Assembly (NCBI GenBank): GCA_013152225.1
Contig: JAADGR010000204.1
Location: forward strand, 1 to 42,792
Length of the DNA: 42,792 nucleotides
Direction of reading: 5' to 3'
Source: Calditrichota bacterium
GTDB taxonomy: Bacteria > Zhuqueibacterota > Zhuqueibacteria > Residuimicrobiales > Krinioviventaceae
In this document: piece after piece, positions 1-9,500 of the stretch
Layout: each line of letters starts with the position of its first letter
Position numbering within the stretch: position 1 is the stretch's first letter
Position numbers and translations under genes: made by a program
The notes under the pieces: generated by a model
Databases searched by the model: none
What the model was told of the DNA's origin: nothing
What the model saw: the letters and a program-made list of their open reading frames with translations, nothing else

Positions 1-527
1 TAATTTTTGTAAGTTACCCAGTCAATAACGAACTTCGTTTTCACTGGCTTTGTTTCTTCAATTTTTATCATAGAGTATGGGTGTGCCATCGAGGAAAACC
101 ATGTACTGTCGGCTAAATTCCAGGTACCCGAAAACTTTGTTGTTTGCGTAGTAATCTTATACCATTTCATCCCTAAGGAATCTCCCACTGATCTCCCAAC
201 AAATTGACCTACATAAACATTCACATAAATCGAATCAATCGGTTCTGCCCGGATGCTTAATAAGGCATATCCCGACCGATTCTCAATTGGCACCGAAAGC
301 AGCGTATCCGTTTCAGAATTCATGAATTTGACACGTTTATAGGGCCACTGGTTCAAAGTGGTATTGCTGTCAGTAACGACTTCCCAGAATATACTATCAG
401 CCGGATTTTCCGGAAATAACTTAAAAGTGTCATAATATTCGAAAGCAACGTTCTTTCGAAAATTCAGATTGCCGAGAAGGATGATTACCACAATTATCAA
501 AAGAATTGTGTTAATATTATTTTTCAT
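1..527 (-). CDS. hypothetical protein with N-terminal hydrophobic signal/anchor segment; C-terminus lies beyond the window start
   Basis: The minus-strand ATG at 527-525 is preceded by AAGGAG (534-539). Hand translation gives MKNNINTILLIIVVIILLGNLNFRKNVAFEYYDTFK... and stays open to position 3. It is absent from the ORF track because it is truncated. Confidence 0.55.
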   Translation of the reverse strand, partial: MKNNINTILLIIVVIILLGNLNFRKNVAFEYYDTFKLFPENPADSIFWEVVTDSNTTLNQWPYKRVKFMNSETDTLLSVPIENRSGYALLSIRAEPIDSIYVNVYVGQFVGRSVGDSLGMKWYKITTQTTKFSGTWNLADSTWFSSMAHPYSMIKIEETKPVKTKFVIDWVTYKN

Positions 528-537
528 AATCATCTCC

Positions 538-3500
538 TTATTTTGCTATCAATTCTCTTTCTTTAACCTTAAATTTATTCTGCAAATAAATATATTCAAA
601 ATATTCTTCGGGCTTAAATTTACGTGCTTTTATCTTTATTCTCAACACTTTTAATCGCTCTTTATCTTCCGTTTTCCATTTTTCAACGAGTTTCCAATTC
701 TGTGTAATAATATCTGCAATCTGTTTGTCTTTTTCCTTTTTCGTCAATTTCTTATTCCGCTGAATAGAGCGAATCCGTTTGATTGTGTATTTAATAAAAG
801 GCTCTAATGGATGCGGATTCTCTGTATTTCTGCGAATTAACATTTCACGATATTCACGATAAAATCTCTGCGTGTATTTGTTTCTTAGCGGCATATCCCG
901 TGCAAATAATGTACCGATGATAGGCAGATCTGCCAGTTCTTCGCGCTTTTCTTTTTCCTTTATACCCGTAACTGCTTCTACTGGTCTGATAATTCGGCCA
1001 AATAATCCGCCGGTATAAGCATTGAGTAAATATTCTAATTGAATTGGTGATATACCATCAATCCCCAGCGGTTTCAATATCTTTTTCACCGCCATTTCGG
1101 CTGTCTTGGTGGTCCAGGGATAAGTAATTTCAGACGGTGGTTTTGTTTCTCGCGCATATTTAGGCTCAATAGGCCTGCCCGCCCAATCCTTATTTGCCAT
1201 AACCTGCATATAGGGGCCGATTCCAGCAATATTCATTGGCAAGGGGAATAGACTTACAAATTGTTCGTAAAATAAATATTTCAAATACTCTTCGGTTACT
1301 TCGGGATCATTTTCTAATTCCAGAAGCAGCGTTTGTGTAGCCCCATGAAACAGAGCACCTATGACAAAGGGCGTAGGAATGATTAAATGCGTTCCGTTTA
1401 TCCAGAAGTGGAAATAATTATATCGGAAATGTGGTTCCAGTTTTTCCCATTCATCTCTATTCCGCAGAAAATAAGAAAGCATTGATAGCCCTACAAGCCA
1501 TACGATCCCTTTCGCGAATCGTTTTGCGGCATTAATTCGGGTGTAAACTGGTCTTTGTGTGTAAGGATCATAGCCAGTAATCTCTTTTTCTGTGAAGAAA
1601 GCACGGATAAATTTTGAGAATCCCTGGATACCCGCATTATAGAATGGAATAATCTGATTTAATTCACGACCAACGGTTCCTGCACGTGCAAAATCCACAG
1701 TCACATCCTGGCTGGCCCTGGCGGCTCTGGCAAAGGCTTCCTCTTTGTCCCCGGTCTCCTTAAGTACTTTATAGTAAACTTTTTTAAACTCATCAATGCG
1801 TGTTGCATTTTCAATGGCAGAAAACAGTAATCTTAAGCCTTCAACCGGATGTTTCATCCCAAATTTAATTACATTCCCGTCCACACGTTCGATGAGCAAA
1901 TCGGCCATGGCTTCGAGTTTCGCGCGGTCATATCCGGCCATGGTGGACATCACACCACCAGATTTTGCATAAAGCTCGGCCATCTTTGGATCAATGCCCA
2001 GTTGCTTCAACACATCCGATACTTCCTTTCCGCGCATTAGTTCGGATATTAGACCGCTAACTGTATTGTGTAATGGGATTGTTTTTCCGCTTTGTGACAT
2101 TACCAAACCTTCAAAAGAATCCCGGAGTGCGTTACGGATAAATATAAAAGAAGGATTGATACCCGTAGCGCCGAGGCGCACTGCCCTTGCAAAAGGGGCA
2201 AGAAATTTAGCAAGTCCAGTAACAGGTTTCGCGTCAATCTGCATAATGAATTTATAAAGTTCTGGGTGCAATTCATACCATTTGCGTCTTCCATTTTCCC
2301 AAACAGATACTACTGGAATACCCTGTTTGTTGAAATAAACCTGCGTAAAAAAAAGATTCAATTTTATATCGATGTCCCCGATATCTTCATTTGGTTCTAC
2401 CACGCCAAGATCTGTTAGCATATCTACTAAATTATTTACACTAATTGTCTTTGCCTCCACCGGCGGGCTGGTCTTTTTAATCAATGCAGACAGACCTTCA
2501 AAATTGGTCAAATTGACCATAGCATTCATTAACCGCGCTTTCTGGGCCCATATTACCATTCGCTCCGTATGTTTAATCCACGCATTTATCATTGGCTCCA
2601 ACGGTAAATCAGATCCCTTCGCACGCTTGATTGGTGAAGGTTGATTGGCCAAACCTCTTCGAGTAATAGCATAAACAAGGTCTTTATCACTTAATAAATT
2701 CCTGAGCAAAGGAATGTAATATGGGTATCGATCACGCATCTTCTGATAGAGCTCTTCGGATATACCACCCTCGCGCATGACCATTCGCAAAAGTTCATCA
2801 AAATATTTCGTTACTTCATCGCCGAGATCATCAAAATCCTTATTTTTGTACTTATCTACAATGTACCTTGCCTGCTCTTCGGAAATCCCCGGATTTTTCG
2901 GTTCAACACCCTCTTCCACTGGATTCCACCAGGTCAATGCATGTCTTGCATAGATGTACATCAGAAAATCATCTAATCGATGTCCGCGATCTACGACATC
3001 TTTAAGGATTTGCCGGATGCCACGGGTAATTGTTTCACCAGTATGAATATCGTAAACCCCATTATTAATCATTTCATCGGCAATCGCTCCAGCTTTCATC
3101 TTAAAATTGCGGTAAATATGAATGGGATTCTCTTTTGCCCTGAGACCATAATAGTTAGCTCCCAGCATCTTTTTAAATAACCACTCAACAACTGCCGCAT
3201 CATCAACGAATTTCTGACGCAGACGCTGATAGAGCAACGCGATACTGTTTAGCGTGTGTTCAAAAGGTGAATCCCCGATATCCTTTAGCACTTCTTTAAT
3301 TCGTTTAAGCCGATTTCTCGGTTCTGTTAGGCCCGCTTGTGCTTTGACAAAATTCTCGATCCCCTGTTCTCTAAATTTCTTAATTAATTTCCGTGCCTTA
3401 CGGAAGCTTTTATTTTTATCATGTTTTTCAAGAATCTCACTTTCAAAATATTCTGTAAAGTTAGGTGCATATCGTTTTGTATCTTCTCCAGTTAACCATA

Positions 3501-6500
3501 AACGAATGAATTCAGAAAACCCTTCGGCAGTGCGTCTCAAATCCTGATCATAGTCCAGATTTCTTAGCTCAGCGTTGAAAACTTCTTTGCCGAAGTCTTG
3601 ATCAATATCCACTTTACCAAACATGCGATTTTGCAGGTAATGACCTAATTCATGGGCAATAGCGTCAATATCTGCTTCACTTCTGGATTTGACCAATCCG
3701 TAAACGTAATATTTCGCTTTAATCTCTTTGAGCCATCGATCCAGATTTTTCTTTCTGAATTGGACCTCCGGGAACAGCTTACGTAATTTTCTGATCAAAT
3801 CCTTAGTGGACATTGCTTCCTGCTCGCCCACATCAACAATCAAATCCGCCGGAGCCTGAATCGGACGAACGGTGCCAGCTGCCACAGCAAATCCTTCTCC
3901 TTGGCGCCGTCTCCGGATGGATTTCCCCTTTTCTTCAAGAATTTCATTTACTAATGCTTCGCTGGATTCAACAATGCCTTCTTCAATATCAAGTTTTTTG
4001 ACATCCCCTTTTACCGTTGCTCCCAGCGCTTTCATTTTATAAGAAATGATTGCCTTATTCCATTCATCGACTTCTGTATCAGAAAAAATAAAGTAAACTT
4101 TTGCACGGGATTTAGTCGTTACACGAACAATACGGCCAGCCATCTGGACGTTATCCATCGCTGAAAATGGCGGCGTAATAACAATCATACTTCGCGGCTT
4201 ATCGCCGATTACATCATCCAGATTGATGCCCGTACCCCCGCTTTGTGGGGTTGCCACCAATACCTTAGTTTCACCTTTTTGAAAACGCTGGATTTCTTTT
4301 TTCGCGTCTTTATTAGAACCATATACTCTGGAAAAAGAATTTTCCCCGTATTTCTCCGTTAAAGCTTGCTCTAATTCTTTTATCGTTCCTTCAGTGGCAG
4401 AAATAACCTCCACATGGTAGTCCACGAGATTACCAGATTGATCATAAATTGGAGTTCGATGAACAACTTCTGTTGCATTAACTCTTGTGGCAAATACGAC
4501 AACTTGTCTACCTTCTTTAATCTCTCTCTCAATGATTTCCAGAGTGGAATTTACTTTGTAATATTCTAAAGCCCGGCGTTGCGCCATGAGATTCCTGGCC
4601 TTCAGCAATCCATCCATTTTTGGATCGCCGGTCATCATATTTGTATAATATTTGTCGATGGCCTCAAGATCAATGTATGCCTGATCAGGTAATTGAACCG
4701 TTACAACTTCCACATCCAGCTTATCCAATGATACTTCACGTTTAACCATCTTTCCTTCAGATGTAAGCTGGTCAAAGTAACGGGACAAATTAGCGGCCAT
4801 TTCTGCAGCAGTTACATCCGGTTTCCTGGAATAGTAAATGATTTCTTTTCTGCCATATTTCGTGTTGATTTTTCGACGTACTTCAATGACACCCAGTTCA
4901 TTAAGGATGGCCAGGAATTCATTGTAGTCTTTAAAAATCCCGAGCTTATTCAAATAATAAATTTGTTGGGGTTTGTCTAATGGTGTGGCCGAAGCATAAA
5001 GTACCCGCGCGGAATATTCGGCAAGTCTAATCCCGTTTTTCGCTTTGGCGCTTTTATCAAAATTTTTCAAATTGTGAGATTCATCGAATATTAAAACAGA
5101 TAATCTCGAACCAATAGACAATGGGATCTTTTTGCGTGTAAGGTCATGATATGTAGCTACATAAATTTTATTGTCTTCAATGTTCCCTTTGAACCTCTCA
5201 ATTTCCACTCCGAGTACAGCCGCATCCTTTTCAAACGCATCTTTGATAATTCGATCGTTTTCCGTAATGATTAGCGCAGGTTTGTTTTCTCTGTCCGCAT
5301 AATATGCCGCAATAGCAAGTTCTTGCATTGTTTTTCCTGCACCCGTTCCATCGGCAAGTAAAAAACCACCATTTTTATCAATGGATTCAATTGCCAGATT
5401 AACGCCATCTCTTTGATGTGGTTTTAAAATTCCGCTAATGCTCGGATGTAAGTGATCCTCCGACGGACTCCGGGTGAATTCCGACCGCGCTTCGACAACT
5501 TCTTCGTATTTTCTTGGACTTCGTGGTAAAAGTCGGTATTTACGTCCACGACCACTTTCTTTTGCAATGCTTTTCGAAGTCTCTTGTGATTTGCCTTCAT
5601 CTCTGGCCTCCTTATGATCTATTAATTGCTTAATTAAAACTCGATTTGCATCAACACGGAATGTTGCCAAATCATCCTCAACGAAATCCGGGTGAATCTC
5701 AACAATCTCACCATTATTAAGTACCCGAACAATTGTGCCAGTAACTTCCTTTTCCCATTCTTTTTCCGGTTTAACCAGTACCTTAGTCCCATAGAATCTT
5801 TCTTCTTCCTCAATGGGCACTTTACCGATGACTTTATCAAATGAATTTTCTTCTGCCGGTTTGTTGATAGTTACTAACCGCACCTTCACTCCAGTCGGTC
5901 TCTCGGAAGAAAGAAAAGCTCCTTCTGGCAACTTCTCACTTTCCCCACCAATTCGCGCTAACCATTCACGAAATTCGACGCTCTTTTTATCTGTTCTATT
6001 AAATGGGCCTTCACTCATGATGGCCACAAGTTTGCCACCGGGTTTAAGCAGTCGATAAGCATGCTGGACATGATCAATGTCTTGACCGTTCTCAAACGGT
6101 GGGTTCATTAAAATTTTATCGTATTCTCCTTCAAATTGCAGAAAATCCTGGCCGACGATTTTAAATCCGCGCAATTCCAGTAATTCACGCAATGTTGAGC
6201 TAATCTCGATAACATCCGGTTCAACGCCTGTTTTCTCACGTATGACCAATGCAATATTCCCTTTTCCTGCACTTGGTTCTAATACCTTATCGCCCTTTTT
6301 AATATCAGCGATTTCGACCATCCGCTCCGCAATTGGCTTTGGAGTCGGAAAGTAGCTTTCTATTTTTGTTCCGATTAATTCACGTTCACGTTCCTTAATC
6401 TTTTCTTCTTTAATTTCAGCTTCAGTTTTTGGTCTGATGTATTCATTTAATAACTTCTTAACTTTTTTTAAGTCACCCGTTGTCTCAATTCCTGCACGCT

Positions 6501-9500
6501 CAAATCGCCTGATTTGTTTGATCGTATCATCAAGTATTTTCAATGTTGGATTGATTTCACCTTTTTGTTTCTTAATCGCCTTCAGAATAGATTCTACAGC
6601 ATCGATTTCAACATCAGATAATATAGCTTTTGCCCCTTCACCGGATAATCTCTTTTCAATTTTCTTGATTATCGCTTTATCTTTGGAAATCCCTTTTACA
6701 TTTTCACTGTCTTTCAGTAAATCGTTGAGTCGGAATGGATATAAAACAACTTCCGGAAAATTTTCTAATCTGAGTACATCTTTAATAATTTGCTGAGTGT
6801 CCAATTTGAAAAGAGCAGAATTCAATTGGCCTTTTTCCGCATCTGTGATCATTCCCTTAATGATATCTCTCACTTTCTTAAGAAATTCCGCTTCCCGGGC
6901 CATACCGGCGGCAATTCTTGCCCTTCTCGGCGTAACACGTTGTTGAGCAATCGCCGGATTTTCCAGCTCATCAATTTTCTTTTCAATGCCGGGTAAAATC
7001 TTTTCTAATTTTTGAGCTAACTTCTGCTGATCAGTTGGAGGTTGTTTTTCTTCTTTCTCAGCTTTTTCAGGAACAGTTGGAGCCGTTTCAGTTGCTTCTT
7101 CAATTCCTCGGTTGATGGCATCACGACGACCTTGTTTGATTTCCTGGATGGTTTCATCCTTTACACCTTCCTCTCTTATTTCATTTTCAAGATTCTCTAT
7201 TTGACTGAATAGATCTAATTGAGATTGCCGTATTTTTTTAAGCGCTTCATCTCGGTTCTGCTTTAACTCAATTAATTCCTTTTGAATTGCGGAAACTTTC
7301 TCTTCATAAGGCTTTAGCGCATTAATTAATTGTTCACCTTCAGCCCCTTGTTTCAGAAAATATTTACGTTTTTCATCAAGCTCTTTCTTGGCATCTTTGA
7401 GTTCGCCTTCTAAATGCGCGATTTTTTCATCGTATTCAATTTCATCTGCACTACGTGGTACAAGATTTTTCAGATTAAGAGGTTGGCCTTTAATTCCACC
7501 GAAAAGTCCACCACCACGTTTCTGGATTGCGCGATTTATGAATTCTCGGAATTCTGAAGATGTACCGAATCGTTTACCAAATTCCATTAAATAATCCCAC
7601 ATCTCAGTTTCGTGGGAATCTTCAAGTTCCGTGAATTGACGCCTGGCCTCCCCAACCCATTGGGCATATTTAACTACATCCGGATCTTCACCAGTGCGTT
7701 CAAGCGCTTCAATAACTTTACCGTCTGGATTTAAGAAAGAATAAGCAAGGATTCGATTTGCGTTTCGACCTTCGTATTTTTGTGCTTCTTCAATGATTTC
7801 CTTTCTGCTTTTCCCCTGTCTTCTGAGTTCACGGTAGTATTGAGCACGTTCGACGGCCGTTTCTTTTGTGGCCAATACATTCGATCGTTTAGCGATTTCC
7901 TGAGCTTCCTGTTTACTTACTCCTCGAATGATTTTGGCAGGGATTTTCTCAAAATCCGTTAGACCCTCTTTTGCTAATCGCTTAAAAGCCTCAGTTCTTG
8001 AATGCCCGGCAAGGATATACAATTCATTCGTTTCCGGATCTTCCCACAATAAAATTGGATCGAACTCCTCAAATCGGAATTCACCCTTTTTTGCAGCCTC
8101 AACAATTCGATTTACAGACTCTTCGCTGTATTCACGTTTGCGATTTTGAAAGGCATCAACATCGGTTTTAATTTGAGATAAAGGTATATCAGAAATTTGG
8201 ATTTTTTCTGTTGGTTTAAGTTCCTTCCGTTCCTTCAATTTATTTTTGATTCTTTCATATAGGTTTTTAATTAAATTATAATTCTCCTCTAATTTTTTCG
8301 TCATTGCATCATCGGGCATCTTCTGGCGCATTTCTGCAAGAGAAGGTTCAACTCTTTTCATGTAATTTTTTAATTCCTGAAGGATTACATCAGCGTTGTT
8401 AGGTTGTTCCTGCTTCAACAATAATTCAGCACGTTCAACGAGTCCTGATATGAGATTATCTGGTTTTTCTGGTGTTCTACCTTCAGACTTCTCTAATAAT
8501 TTGTTGTTTATGTCTTCATATTTTTTAAATAAGTCTGGATAATTGCTAAGGATATCGGGTGGGACTGGATGACCTTTTAAAATCTGCTTTTCAATAGTCT
8601 TTTTATGTTGAATCAATTGAATTTCATCAAATAAGTTACTCTCAGTTAAATCTTTGCCTTTCTTTTTCAGTTCTCTTCTGGCGATCTGTTCTACTTGTTC
8701 ATCGGATAGATGGGCATATAGTGTTTTTTCTTCGGCTTCCTTCTCTTCCTGTTTTTTCCGATAGGTCTTAATTTCATCCATGAATCGTTCATATGGAATG
8801 ATCTCAACATCTTTAGCTTCTTCTTCAAATCGCTTTCGACTCTCCTTATCTAATTCATGGATTTCTGGACGATATCCAATTGTGGAACCTTGCGGATCGT
8901 TAACCAAAACAACTGCCTTCTTGGCGCCCGGGACAAACTGTAACCCTACATATTCGACCGGGATTTTCTCTTCTTTTTCTGGTACCGCTTCTTCGCCCTT
9001 TCGACCTTCTTCCGGTCGTATCCCGGATATACCGGGTTGTCCGGGTGCTGGCTGTTCCAGATCCTTGCGGCCTTCCGTTTCGCGGCCTTCAGGGGCAATC
9101 CTTCTCTCACGAATTTGTCCCTCATCTTTTCGTAACCTTTGGGCATTTTCTATTTCCTCCGCTAATGCCTTTTTGCCAATCTGGAAAATATTCCCTTTGT
9201 CATTCTTTACTGTCACTAAAGATCCTGTAATATCAGTAATCTCAACCGGGCCATATTTTTCTGTATCTACGATATTTCCGATTTTAATCTCAGCAGGCTT
9301 CTCAATTCTTTGTTTAATAGGCTCCTTCTTCTTTTTTGCGCGTTGTTTAATTCGTTCCAACTTTTCACGATCTATTTTTTCCCTGCGTTTACGCTCTTCC
9401 TCGCCGCGAACATTAATGCGTTCATGAAGTTGTCTTTGTTTAAACTCTTCCAGTGTTTCACCGAGACGAACGGGGCCACCTGGACGTTGAACATTTAATG

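Noticed and set aside
8780-9427. A 215-aa plus-strand ORF antisense to the giant gene. The shorter antisense ORFs listed across 1849-10690 are treated the same way.
   Set aside because: It is Ser/Phe/Leu-rich low-complexity sequence and is antisense to purine-rich coding sequence. A 10.3-kb uninterrupted minus-strand ORF cannot be chance, so these are shadows.
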